From Scyliorhinus canicula (Eukaryota): 64,000 nucleotides of DNA. The position numbers were made by a program, and so were the translations under genes. The stretch lies in contig NC_052150.1 of the NCBI RefSeq assembly GCF_902713615.1, positions 153,193,155 through 153,257,154 of the forward strand, given 5' to 3'. The notes beneath the pieces were generated by a model. That model made no database searches, had not been told where the DNA came from, and saw only the letters and a program-made list of their open reading frames with translations. Shown here piece after piece: positions 25,753-38,867 of this stretch; within the stretch, counting starts at the first letter, position 1; each line of letters begins with the position of its first letter.

Positions 25753-26610
25753 TTTATAGCTGTAAAGAGACTTCACAAATCACTTTCAAAAGTAAAAGCC
25801 ATAATTAAGGTACCTGCACCTCAAAATGTAAATCAACTTTGATCATTTTTGGGCTTATTAAACCATAATGGAAGGTGTGTCCCGAATCTAGTAATTATTC
25901 TCAAGCCTTTATACAACCTATTGTGTCAAAACGGGAAATGGAAATGGGTGGATAAATGTGAAAATGTTTTATACAAGCTACAGACTCACTACTAAAGTCA
26001 TCAGTCCTGACATGCTGTGATCCGAAGTTACACTTGCAACTGACTTGTGACGCATCACCTTATGGGGTCGGAGCAGTGATTTCTCACATAATGCCCAATG
26101 ATGAATAAAAGCCAATAGCGTTTGCATCAGGATCCTAGAACAAATCAGAAATGAACAATGCGCAGATAGAGAAGGAAGTTCTCGGCATCATTTTCGGAAT
26201 CAAATGTTTTTACCAATACCTATTTGGAAGGAAATTTACTTTATTAACGGATCATCGACCACTGACAATGATACTTGTGCCGCACACCAGTATTCCATGT
26301 CTTGCGGTGGGCCAGATGCAGAGATGGGCAATGATGTTGTCAGCACATATATATAAAAATACAGAATCAAATACTGTCAATCCAATCTCCATGGGAACGC
26401 TTATTGACTCTCTGGATTATCTTTACCTAACGAGTCATCAATTAATAGTTTGAGTGATAATATTTTCTATTTCAAGGAAGTCGATAACACTCCTGTTACC
26501 ACAGGACCAGTTAAGAAGTATTCCAGAAATAATTCACAACTAGCAGGAGTTATGGACATGGTACTTTGTCAAAACTGTGGCAGCAAACCTGGAGTTGAAG
26601 CCAAGACTCA

Positions 26611-27303
26611 GGGCGCGATTCTCTGCTCCCCACACGGCCTGGGAGAATCGCGGGAGGGCCCCCCGACATTTTCTACGCCCCCCTGGTGCCCCCCGCGATT
26701 CTCTCCCCCCCCCCCCCCCCCGGCTCGGAATAATTGTTGCTCGCCGTTTTTCACGGCGTTTCTCCGAGCCCGGTGGGCCGAGCGGCCGGCCCCTCACGCC
26801 CGTTTCACGACGGCGGCAAACACACCTGGTCGCTGCATTTGTGAAACGGGCGGCAGATGCCCGTTTGGGGCATCTAGGGGCCCGATTGGGACGGGAGCAT
26901 CACGACTGTGCTCGGGAGGGGACAGGCCATCGATGCCCACCGATCGTCGGGCCAGCTTCTAAAACGGACGCACTATTTCCCCTCCGCCACCCAGCAAGAT
27001 CAAGCCGCCACGTCTTGCCGGGCGGCTGAGGAGAAAGACGGCCACCGCGCATGCGCGGGTTCGTGCTGTCTGCACGATGAAGTCATCCGCGCATGCGCGG
27101 GTTGGAACCGGCAACCCGCGCATGCGCGGATGACTTCACATTCTCGGCGTGATGAGGTCGCTGCCGAGAAAGATGGAGGCCCGCTCCTAGCCCCCCGGGT
27201 GTGGGTGAATTAGGTGTGGGGAGCGGGCTCCGAGGCCGTCGTGAGCCTCGGCCGAGTACACGACGGCCTTCACGAATTCGGCCCCCTTCGGAGAATTCTG
27301 CCC
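26611..27303. mobile_element. Non-autonomous PIF/Harbinger-like element
   Basis: TIRs GGGCGCGATTCTC / GAGAATTCTGCCC; 3-bp TSD TCA (26608-26610, 27304-27306); interrupts Gypsy sequence that rejoins across it. Confidence 0.88.
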
Positions 27304-28772
27304 TCAAGCTATGCGTACAGACTGGTTGTTTCCTCTGTTGAATGAGGCTCATTTTTCCCACATTGTAAAGGAAACGTGTCTGAAATCAACTTCATAAAGA
27401 TCATTGTGAGATAGGAGGGATGAAGGGGATAGCCAGAAGCTATTTTTGGTGGCATTGGCTCGAGAGCAAACTCAAAGAGAAAGTGGGCAATTGTTTGAAA
27501 CCTGCCGCCACTAGTGCCATTACACCCAAGGGAAGGGCCAGAAGGGCCAAATTATGTCGGACCATTCGAAGGACAAATTTTGTTTCATTGTGGTACCAGG
27601 GTATTGAACTTGATGATCAGCCATGGTCAAAATGAATGGCAGAGTAGGCCGAAGGGCCGAATGGCCTCCTCCTGCTTCCATTTTCTATGTAGGTTTCTAG
27701 TTATGACAGATGTGCACTTGAAATGGCCTGAAGTCTCCATTGCATCCTCAAAGAGAACAATAGAAAGACTGGGTGAGATTTTTGCAAGATTCAGTTAGCC
27801 TGAACAACTTGTTAGCAACAATTAGCCATAGTTCATTTTGCAAGAATTCACAAATTATCTAAAAGAGAAAGGAATCCAACACATCCGATCTGTGCCTGAT
27901 CATCCTGCTACAAATAGGTTGGCTGTACAGACAATGAAGCATTCATTGAAGGCAACTCGTGAGCAAGGATCATTGTCTAACCGACTAAGCCAATACCTGA
28001 TGGTATACAGGAATATAACACATTCGGCAACCCTACGTTCTCCAGCATTACCCATATTAAAATGCCAGTTATGCACAGAGTTTGATTTGCTGAAGCTGCC
28101 TAAGAGAAGAGAAATTGTTGAGAGGAAACAACAAAGTCAGGTATTGCGATGCGAGAACAGGGCTAACCGCCATGTTATTCAGAAAGGTCAGGAAGTATTG
28201 GCGAGTAACTATACCACCCGCTACAAGTGGATACCTGCCTTCGTCTTAGCACTAACAGCAATGGTCTCATATACAGTTCAAACTTGGGACAATGTCGTGT
28301 GGAGGAGTCACGCTGATCAACTTTTAGTGGATACCTGCCTTCGCCTAAGGACAGATAGGTACGGCATCCTACCACAGTTCAAACTCTGGACGACGTAGTG
28401 TCGAGCCAGATTATCAACTTTTAGCAACTAGAACTAATTTGCCAGGGACAGAGACAACCGAGAGTCCACAACAAATTGTGCCACGTGGAGACCTACATGC
28501 CTGAGAAGCTGACAGTGCCAGCTGTGGAAGACAGTACCCCAGTTGAGCACACTTCAACACTGAGTCAACTTCCAAACACTACATTGACTCCGGTTGAGAC
28601 AACTATGGACAACGTCCTAACTAAACCAAAAACAGTTACAGTAACACGAGAAAGCAGGCGCCTGAGGTTCACGGACAACCATACAAAAATAGAAATTCAT
28701 CAAAATGTCTAACTTATTAACTTTGTGTTTACTAACTGTTCATATTGTAAATTTGGTTGTTAACATTATATT

Positions 28773-28963
28773 GGTCGGAATTCTCCAGTTGTTACAATTC
28801 ACTGTTTCCACCGACAGCGGACCCCCACCTGCAGATTTCCTGCTGGTGAGGGGTGGTCAGAATGGGAAATCCCATTGACAAACAGTGGGAAGATGGAATC
28901 CTGCCGCTAGAGTACGGCGCGTAGCTGAGAAACATATGGCTGGGGGACCGGAGAATCCCACCC
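28773..28963. mobile_element. Short Harbinger-like MITE
   Basis: TIRs GGTCGGAATTCTCC / GGAGAATCCCACCC; TSD ATT (28770-28772, 28964-28966). Confidence 0.8.
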
Positions 28964-28979
28964 ATTGTGTTTTGTTGCA

Positions 28980-29868
28980 GGAACCTCTAATGTAAAGGTA
29001 CCAAGAGACCCTGATGTACTGAGATCAAAACCCCCTGATATTGCTAGAAAAGACCACAGTGACCAATGCTAGGTTTTCCCACCAGAGTTTGCTCTTGCAG
29101 CCCTAAACATTACCCACATTGCAGGAAAGCACAATAACATTTTTGGATTTGGATTTGGTCCAAAGTAAAAGAAACTGATTGTTAATCAGAAATTGACTCA
29201 TTAATAGGCAATATCACATACTGAAGCTCCTTTGGCAAGCTTTCATGTCACATTCCTGGACTCCCAGGGAAGTCTGTTGTTAACATCCGGCCTGTCAACA
29301 CCAAAGCAGAACTCCAATCTGACAACAAAGTCTGCCTCAAATCTAAACCTCCTCTAAGCCTTGATCTCTGTAAGATTCTTGCTGTTGCCTGTCAAGCAAA
29401 TCAAGTCTCTGTATACCAACCTCATCTTGCTGCTTCACCACCAACCTTGAAGGAATTTGTCAACTTCTGCTTCCAGCTAGCTGAACCCGCCTGAAGTTTA
29501 ATTCCCACGTAAAGAAACCCTCACTGGATTCCAATGTTCTGGACTCTAACATTTGCATAAATTAATTTCCATATCTTTGATTTAAGTTAATCCTGATTGA
29601 AAAACCGTTCCTTCTATCTCTTTCTTATGCGCTTGTGGAGGTGTATGTAGTTGTGATGACCATTTCCCGGGTTTGAATGTATGAATAAACAATACTTCCA
29701 ATTTATTTAAAGAAAGTTTTCGGCGAGTCACTTTAAATTTGACTTCACAGAGGTGTTTTGTAAAACCATGCCATAGTCTACTTTACAAAATAAAACGCCT
29801 CTGCTGATGGATAGACAGCAAGAAAAACAAGGGAGTTCTGTTTGCCTCTCCTCCCCCATTCCATAACA
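28980..29868 (+). mobile_element. RNase H C-terminus of the Gmr1-like element and probable 3' LTR
   Basis: Remnants of DQNPLILLEK..NARF..SLLLQP..ITHIAGKHN at 28980-29140; downstream sequence has AATAAA and ends ..CCATAACA. Confidence 0.55.
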
Positions 29869-30504
29869 AATTAAAATATATCGATTCTAATCAGTTACTT
29901 AACAGCCCTTTTCAATTCTGGATACCATTTCCCTAAATTATGTTTTAGGAGTAATTTCGTAAATGTACCAGGTTTCAGCAAGGTTGTGGCAATTAGTGCA
30001 ATAGGCTGGGCAGCAAATGGGAATGAGGACTGACTCGTGAAGAATGCAGAAAATATGGGCCCTTAAGTCTTAGACTCAACTTTTCCACTTTCAGCTACAT
30101 CAGTGTTTCCAGCTGGTTTACTCTACATTCAGGGCATTAGAGGTGGAACTGGCAGTTATTCCAATTGGTGTGCAAGCATCTTAGTCCACCCCTCCTTTTT
30201 TGACAGTACTTGGAAAGAGAGCGTACGTAAGAAGCACCAGCGATTCCCCTATCTGAGGAAATCTCTCGAGGAGAGTATAAATTGCTGTAACTGAGCTTCA
30301 CCCAAGCTCTGCTCCCATTAACCCCTGCCCACCTGAGAATGTTCTTTGTTTGTCCATTTCTCCGAGGAGTTTTAGGGTCACCAGTTTAGGGAATGGGGAA
30401 ATGTGTTTCTCAAAGTTCTACGTATGAATAGCAGGAGTTTAGGAATAAAATGGGAGAACAGGAACCTTCTGCTGAAGAGGGAGCTACGATATCACAGGTA
30501 TCTC

Positions 30505-32873
30505 GGGCGCGATTCTCCGCAAAGGCGGAGAGTCGTGAAGGCTGCCATGAAAACAGCCGTGTTTCACGGCAGCCTCCGTGCCCCCTCCCGGGACCCGATT
30601 CTGCTCCCCGGCCGGGGCTAGCATCGCGGCCCCGTGAACTACGGCATCGCGGGCTTAACGAATTTTGCTAAGCCCGCGCGCCAAAGTTAGCGACGGATGA
30701 CGCATATGATGACGTCAGCCGCGCATGCGCAGATTGGACGACTCCAACCCGCGCATGCGCGGATAACGTCATCTGCGCATATGCGTCAGACCCGCGCATA
30801 CGCCGTCCGTAATGCCCCTCAGCCGCCCCGCGGACTGATCCAGCGGGGCGGCGGAGTAACAAAGAGTGCGCGGGGTAAGTACCCGCTGCCCGCGATCGGT
30901 GCCCACCGATCGCAGGCCCATGTCACCCTTGGCACGGCCGTGGTGCGGCCGTGCCAATCGGTGGCATGGTTGTGCAGAACGGCACTTTGGCGCCGTTTTC
31001 ACGAACTTGTATAGCAGGTGTATTCAAATTCGTGAAAACGGCCGTAAAGGCCTTGGAAATCGGCCCATCGGCCAGGGGAGAATTGCTGCTCGCCGTAAAA
31101 AAACGGGGAGCAGCGATTCGTATCGGGGGCGGGCGTGGGAGCTTCAGGGGTTAGCTCCGTTCACAACACCGTCCCATGGAGTAGCCCCGGGGCCACTGTT
31201 CACCCTGATGGAAGATGAGGTGATGGGGCCCGTGACGGTAATTCCCTCAGCGGAGGTAACGGAACCCTGCAGCATCTCGGACCACCCCCCCCCCCCCCCC
31301 CCGTCCCTGCTGCACCTGGTGGGCAGCGGGCGGCACCATGCCACCTGGGTCACCCGAGCAACAGCTTGGCCCATCCAGGCCCGGTCACTCCAGAAGAAGC
31401 CTACTGAAGAGACCAGGTCGCTGGGCGGGAATCACAGCAGGCCCCCTCCACTCCTGATGTACCCTCTGGGGATCCACTTAGACATAGCTTTAGGGCCAAT
31501 AAGGCCAGAAAAGTAGACACGGGTGCAGAGCACAGTTTAGTGATTGGGGCGAGGGCACAAATTTGTATAAATGTTTTCACATTAAATATCTGTGCAGAAT
31601 GTTACAACTACTGCTCTGTCAGAAAGAAGCGTGTGAGCGGTGGGCTGGTCTGGGCTGGCCGCAGAGGGACGCTTGTGTGGGAGGGTGGAGAAATGGGCGG
31701 ACATTGGGGGTTGGCTTGGCTCAGGGACCGCAGTTCAGCCAACGTTCACCGCTCTGATGTCCCGCCCCCATCCACCCCCCAGTCCCCACACCGTCCCCAT
31801 CTCCGCCACCCCAGGGATTTTATGGCAGCGTGGTGGAACGGTCAGCTCGCATGCAGGGATCACCCAGATGGATGGCGGAAAGTCTGGAGCCAGATGTTGT
31901 GAAATGATGCGGAGCACCAGACGTCATCGCAGAGCGGGGTTTCATTTGATCCTCCACCCCAAGGACCATACCCACTGTTACTGCCAATCCAGGGCCCGCA
32001 TCCCATATTGCGGAAGGTATGTATCACAGAGGGGGTTGCAGGTGGGGGGGGGGGGGGGGGGGCTGGCCAATTCCACCCACCCCCAACCAGTCAGTGAATC
32101 TGGAGGCAATCAGAATGTCCTGTGCGCATTGGCCTTGACGCACACTTTGAGCGGCCTCCCATGCCCTGTCCTGTCCATCCTCGCCCTACCCAGCAGCCTC
32201 CTCATCAGATGAGGCTTGACATTCGTTCTCCTTCTCCAGCACATCGCCCCTCTGTTGCATGATATTGTGGACGACACAGCAAGCCGCCACAATACAACAG
32301 TGACATACTGGAGGGCCCCGAGTGGTCCAGGTACCCAAACCTCATCTTAAAGATGCTGAAGCAGCGCTCGATTATACTCCTGGTAGTTGCATGGGCGTCA
32401 TTGTAGCGGGTCTCTGTGTCATTCTTTGCCCTGGGTAGAGGCATCATCAGCCACAACCTCAGTGGATAACTCCTGTTGCTCAGCAGCCAACACCTCACCG
32501 AGGTGTGCTTCGAAGAGGCTAGAAATTGTTGAGTGTGCCAGGATGAAGCTGCCGTGCAAAATGTCCGGGTATCAGGCGCAGACGTGCATGATGTGCATCT
32601 GATGGTCACACACAAGCTGCACATTCATCGACTGGAACCCCTTTCGGTTTGTGTAGAGGCCTGTCACTTGTTGGTGCTCATTTGGCGACATGCTTCTCGT
32701 CGATCACCACCTGGATCAAGGGCATCTCATTGATGGCAGCGAACCCCTCTGCCCAGGCATCCTGGCGAACCCCATCAGCCCGGCTAGTGTCCAGTCCGGC
32801 AGCCCACACCAGCCATAATTTCGGCATCTGAACCGATTCTCCGCCCGGTGTCAGCCAACAGAGAATCCCACTT
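30505..32873. mobile_element. PIF/Harbinger element (possibly composite) with transposase remnant
   Basis: Left TIR GGGCGCGATTCTCC at 30505, right end GAGAATCCCAC at about 32861-32873; internal transposase on minus; no matching TSD seen. Confidence 0.75.
32085..32812 (-). pseudogene. Harbinger transposase pseudogene (HARBI1-like DDE domain), 5' truncated
   Basis: GFAAINEMPLIQVVIDEKHVA; NRKGFQSMNVQLVCDH; WLLSNRSYPLRLWLMMPL; RYNDAHATTRSIIERCF..KMRF.YLDHSG. Contains stops and frameshifts; the second catalytic Asp (GDSGY) reads SNRSY. Confidence 0.9.
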
Positions 32874-35800
32874 AGGATGTTCAAGTCAAGTAGGGAAAAT
32901 ATATACACATCAGATGCAGTTGCTATGCATGTCTATTATTTACAAGGGACAAATTGGTAATTGGTAATTGATAAAGAGTGGACTGTGAGTGAAAATATGA
33001 TCCTGGCTAAATATTGGCTAAAACAATTTGTCAATAGGTATTACTGGATCCAATATTTAATAACATTTACAAGATGACAGAGCAGGTCAGGGTAGCATAT
33101 TTTGGGGGCACAATGAATTAAAAAAACAAATCAAATTTACTTTTGCTAATCCTCTTTAAAAATTTTGTTTTGACTTTTTTTAAACTTCTTATGTGATGTT
33201 AAAATGCTAATGTTCCATTGATGTTTTAAAAAAAACTATTTTCACCTAATATTAATATTTTACCTCATGAAAATGCATTTAATTTTTCATGGAACTCAAT
33301 GTTTTTCAAGAAATAGGGATTCTTGATTTTCTTGCTTCTCATTTGATCATAGGTTTCTGCTTGGAGCCTGATGACCAAGACAGGAATTTACACATATATC
33401 ACATGGAATGTCTCACTAGTGACCTTCAGCTATTAGCTGGAAGTTATTAGATAGACCTTCTGTGATATATGCAGACTGGGTAGTTGTTGTCTTCAGGCAG
33501 GCTGCCAGGGCAGGGCTTCCTTAATGGATAAATTTAAATTTTATACACTGAAATAAAACTCAAATGGCATAGTGACAACTAATATTATGTCCAGATAGTC
33601 TCTCAAGCACAAAAAGGCTTTTATAAATAGGGCTCTTTAGAAGAGTCACAAAAAGTGTGCAGTATTGGATGAAATATGCTGCAGCAAATTGAAAATTTCA
33701 GAACGTATAACTGAGTCTAAACTCTGTTTGGCAAGCTCGCATGATCAGCAGACCCAGAAGCGGCTGCGGTGTCCATTTCCATCTGCAAACGTCGAAATGA
33801 TGCAATTTCACGCTGGCTGGCCAATTAAGGGCTGGCCAGCCTGAAACACGGCAGGACATTGGTGCCGCGTTGCCGCAGGGGCGGGAGCATGTCAGGCGCC
33901 AGATCGAATGAATTATGGACAAGTTCAAGCTTAGCGACAACCTGACAAAAGCTTTTACAAATTACTGAAATAAGTTAATATTTATGTACATACAGAACGA
34001 ATCACAATTCTCAGTATCCACGTGGAGTCAAAGGACTTGAAAAGCAAATAATATGCTTGCATTGATGGCATGTATACTGGCTGAATGAACCCTGGTCATT
34101 CCATGTCCCCCGATTCAGTGCCAACCAAGCACTTATTTGGTTAGAATCAGGATCTCTCTTGTGTTCAGTGCAGATAACCCCCTTCCAAGAGTTACTGGCC
34201 AATCAGAGGCCGGCATGCTCTCGTGCTGGCAGTCTCACTGAGAGCAGAGGCCACTGTTGCTGGTGCAGTAGGCTTAGGCCACAGGATCATCGCTGAAACC
34301 TGGTGTGGGGCTAGGGGCCAGTTGGGGATGCCCTAGTAAGATGGTGGGGGAGGTACGTTTAGCATTCAGAGAAGGCGAGAGTCTTCACCCATTTACGGCC
34401 CATGCCTTCAGCAGGACTCTCCCTTGGTTAATAGGCTGCCAAAGTACAAGGACCTCCTGTACGCCCTCCAACGTCAGAAGCCCATCCGCCACCCTTAACT
34501 GAATGCCAATTGCGCTCACCGGCCACTCACTGGCCTGCTCATCAAAAAAGATGTTGGGCATCCGGTGTGTTGTGACAATGATCCAGCCTTTCATGTCTCA
34601 GTGAGAATTCTTCAATCTGATCGGTTAAAGAACCATGCTCTATTTTTCCCTGCTAGCAGAAAGCACTATGCCCCGTATAGGGTGCATTGCTGGGTCAGAC
34701 ATCAGGGACAGGATTTTGTGTTTTGGTTTGGGGGATGCAGCAACCTGACATGGGGTTTGCCTTATTTGGTCAATTAGTGTCCTAAAGGGCACACTCACCA
34801 TCCAATTGAGGCTGCCTGCTGGGCTTGCAAATTGGAGTTGCAATACGATACCCACCAGCATTCAAAGAACTGCAGCCTACCATTGTAGGTAAGAGAGAGA
34901 GAGACGGAGAGAGACGTCATCTTGAGGTGACCTCTCTGCACTTTTGAAAAAAGTGGCCTCAGCTGATGGACCCCCATTGTCGAGCGGAATTCCAGTCACT
35001 GCTGACCAATGGTCTTAATTGGCGTTTTAATTATCTTAATGTGTTACCGTTAATTGTGGGTGGGTCATTTTTCCATCCCTGATCTAGCCTTCCCAAAAAA
35101 GGCTTGGGAATGGGATGGTGGCAGTGGACTGGCATGCCAGCTAGCAGCATGAAACTAAACACATCTCAGTTCCTACCCCCATATCGGGGCAAGGATCCTG
35201 CAAGCAGATCTGAGCAGGTCTGCATACGAAAGCCTGTAAAAATGTTGCAGACAGCTGACAGCAAGGTGAACGGCATGTGTGGTTTCTTTACCTCTGATCT
35301 CAAAATTCATGCCAACATATTTTATCTGACCTGCATTAACAGCACAGAAAAACATTTTGGTAGTTTGTAAACTATTAAAACCATAAAAGGGTTCAACTGA
35401 TTGCTGCCTGTAGGCACTGTAGCCATTTGAATCGCTGACAATATGGAAGAATGCAGGGTTAGCTCATCACTGCATATTGATAAAATAGATTTTCTTTGAA
35501 AAAGAAAGAATGATACCAGACCAATCTTCTGTTCTGAGAATTCTGCTGCTGATTAAAAAAAAATCTTGTCACTGTGTCCAGATAAGCTGTGATTGAAGTA
35601 CATGCAGTTCATCCACATGAGATAAAAATGAGTGTGAGCTTGCTGCCCCCGCAAACGAAAGGGCAATCATGTAATTTATTTACCGTGTGCCGACGTAAAA
35701 AGCCAGGAAAAAAATAAGTGGGGCACAATATGGAAACAGAATAAAGTGTTGTATTCCGACATTAAGGACAAAGATTCAACAGAGGTGTTCACTTATAGTC

Positions 35801-37671
35801 CACAGGAAGACAAATGGATGGAGTTCCCAGTGTGTTAAATTCTGAAAGGAACCCAGGTGCTGAGGGTAAAAAAAAAATCAGTTTTCATGTTTGGTCGATA
35901 CTTTAATGAATTCTAAACTTAGTTGTGATAAATTATTTGCGTCAGTAGTTCCAGTAAATGGTTGTAATACCTTGATACTAATGGCGGTGGTTTAAAATAC
36001 ATCAGTTTTCTTATCATTCTCTCCTTAAGGAACTGGGGCTTGCCTACCTTGGGTTTGAGATAAATACTTGCTCCTGTTCTTAATGAGGAAAATTATAAAA
36101 CTAGGTGCAGCAGCCTCTGTGTCTGTCTTGAGCGTTCTTTTTTTAAAAGCTAGAACTTTAATTGCACAGGAAAATGCATGCACCTGCAGAGAGATAGTTA
36201 ATTAGCTGACAATAATTCTATCATTTTTAAACCAATATTATCAAGGTAATGTTACTGCAGATTTAAAATTAGATTGAATATGCATCTAAACTAAAAAAAA
36301 ATGCAGTTTAATTTTTCAGGGGATGTGAGGAGATTCAAATCTAATAACTCAAACAGCTGTATTTTTAAAAAATGTAATCCTGATTAGAATAAAAACTAAA
36401 AGCAATATTTCAGAAGATCACGGCCATTATTTTCCAAGCTCAGTTCCTACGAATTCTGTAATAATTATCTACCTGTAAAAATTAACATGATGCCTTTTGA
36501 ATTAGTAGATTTATTACAATGGAGCTATACATAAAGTTAACATTCCCCAAAGGTATACTTTACATAGTATTATTTTAATTTTTTCAGGTATCACTATCCT
36601 TTTAGGCTTTGAAATCTTATTGAAATATCAAATCCCAGATTCTCAATACTGGGGACTGATTTACTGTGGCTTGAGAAAAGTAGTTGCTTCTGAATGTTTT
36701 GACAGAATTCTAAAATGGTTGATGATATTCTGGCAAAACCATATGAGCCACCTACAAATGTTTGATTAAGAGTTGATTTATAATCTCCACTGGGCCTCAG
36801 TTAATTTTTTATATCCTGAAAGCTAGCAGTTCTTTGAAATAATCTTTATTGAGACCTGTATTTCTCCAGTATGATTTTAACATGCACCAGGAGGATACAA
36901 CAGGACCTGAAAAGTCATAACTGTTCCTGTCATTGAATATTTGTTTCTTGCTCTTTGATGAAGAAGCAATGCACAAGATGACATGGTTTTAAAATGGGAA
37001 ATGGTCCACATCTTAGGGAAATGGAGTCCAGTTTTCAAAGAACAAATTTAAAGGGTACAAAATTGAGAACAAATGACTACCAGATCGTCACTAAATGGGT
37101 AATTTCAAAACAATTTGCAACTTGTTCTGAACTGGCTCCATTACGATCTATTCATTTTCAGCATAATTGGATAAATCTGATTGGTTCAGATTTGGGCAAC
37201 TGCCCTTTTTATACAAGTGTTACGATGGGCAAGACCTTAAATTTATCCACCAGCCAACTGGGTTGTTACAGAAGTTCAAATCCAAATTGCCACTTAGATA
37301 CACCTCCCAACCTTCCATAAATAATCAAAATCTATTTTTGGATTCAACTAATTTTGCTCAGCCTTATTTCACAATATGTAATTTTTCACAGCACTATTGC
37401 ATATAGTGAAATCGAAGAAGACTGATTAACTAGTGAGCTGGTCTGCTTAAATTATTTAACCCTTTCCCACATGTAAAAATAACTGAAATCCCAACGAAAG
37501 TAATGAAAAATTTTGTTTCATCTAATTCAAAAGTTGATGCTTTCCACATGGAGACAACAAAATAGCTGATAAAACTGGAAAAAGGCAAACTTTTATTCTC
37601 ATGAATCTGTATATTATTAGCACTGGGAAATAGCACAATTTCCACTTTTGTCACCCAAATGTAATCATTTA

Positions 37672-37852
37672 GGGGCTGGTTTAGCTCACTGAGCTAAATC
37701 GCTAGCTTTTAAAGCAGACCAAGCTGGCTAGCAGCATGGTTCGATTCCCGTACCAGCCTCCCCGGACAGGTGCCAGAATGTGGCGACTAGGGACTTTTCA
37801 CAGTAACTTCATTGAAGCCTACTCGTGACAATAAGCGATTTTCATTTTTCAT
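37672..37852 (+). mobile_element. tRNA-derived SINE, same family as 15754-15953
   Basis: Close sequence match to 15773-15953. Confidence 0.85.
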
Positions 37853-38585
37853 TAGGAGCTCCTACGTCAGGTATAATGCACTTAGATGCAGAGCAAAGTT
37901 GCCTAAATATTGCCCCAATAAAGGAACTTAACCTATACGGCTTTTCAAAATCAGAATGAATGTAGTTAGTGGGTTACTGGGTTACAGGGAGCTCTTTCTA
38001 AGGGCCAGTGCAGACTCGATGGGCCAAATGGCCTCCTTTTGCACTGTAAATTTTATGATTCTATAAACAAAATGCCCACAAATTTCTTTGCATGATGCCA
38101 CTGCCCTGGCAATGTGAAAATGAATTCCTTAGATCTGTGAATAGAAGTGTCCTATGATGGTTTCCATCCCAATATATTTATATACATTATTTTATTTATC
38201 TTTGTACTGGATTTATAATCCTTCCTCAATTCCCACAAAGCCGAAAGCTTCTCCTCAAGTTGGCTGTCGTTGAACGTGGCAGCAGTTGGTACTGCTTAAC
38301 GATAGGCTAAGCTTGAATCCAATTTCAGGCAGGATTCTGTCTCACTCTCTCACCCCTTGCTCTGTATGCTTTTCCCACACTGTCAAAGCCTCCATAATGC
38401 AATATGAGTAAAAACATCCTGCTATTTCCTCAATTGGGTAGGTGCTTTGCCAAACGCTGGCCATCAGCTTTATCAATTCAAGGGACTGCAAAAGAAGAAG
38501 GAACCGGCAGCTGCTAATTTATGGAAGACTACAGCACCCCTAAAAAACACGAGACAATAGTTTCTTCCCTAACTGTTACTTTGTG

Positions 38586-38662
38586 GAGGTCTCGTGGTGC
38601 AGTGGGTAGCATCCCTGCCTCTGAGCCAGGAGCTTCAGGTTCTAGTCCCACCCCAGCACTTG
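38586..38662 (+). mobile_element. Isolated tRNA-like SINE head
   Basis: A box TGGTGCAGTGG and B box GGTTCTAGTCC at tRNA-like spacing; no recognisable body follows. Confidence 0.55.
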
Positions 38663-38867
38663 GGCATGGGCCACCCTTCGCACTGCTAATTAGCCGCCTT
38701 TCCATCAGATGCCCATTAATTAGCCATCCTATGTTTTTGCCGAAATGAGAAGGTGGAGGGAACAGATCATTTACCTTCCATGCCTCCTCCCTCATTTCAC
38801 CATGAAACGTAAAATCCAACTCAATTCTTGATGATAAGTGCAATACTTCACGTTAATTTAGCAGGCA

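Larger units (their letters stand above)
24106..28740 (+). mobile_element. Ty3/Gypsy element (canonical PR-RT-RH-IN order) nested in the Gmr1-like element, decayed
   Basis: gag remnant RDRLVC (24262), PALIGRTWL, WAMPIVPVMKKDGS, DLSQAYLQ..GLFRYKRLPF (25026), CDASPYGVGAVISH, EKEVLGIIFG..TDHRPL (26151), MKGIARSYFWW (27420), IN HIRSVPDHPATN (27838). Confidence 0.9.

Noticed and set aside
30866-31516. 216-aa and similar GC-rich ORFs (also 49533-50180, 31640-32212, 26450-27029)
   Set aside because: These reflect stop-poor GC-rich transposon DNA with overlapping ORFs on both strands and no recognisable domain.
32085-32812. Host gene HARBI1
   Set aside because: It lies inside TIR-bounded sequence, is truncated, has stops and frameshifts and a mutated catalytic motif; it is a transposon copy.
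38586-38662. Functional tRNA gene
   Set aside because: A and B boxes are present, but there is no clean acceptor stem or oligo-T terminator; best explained as a SINE head.
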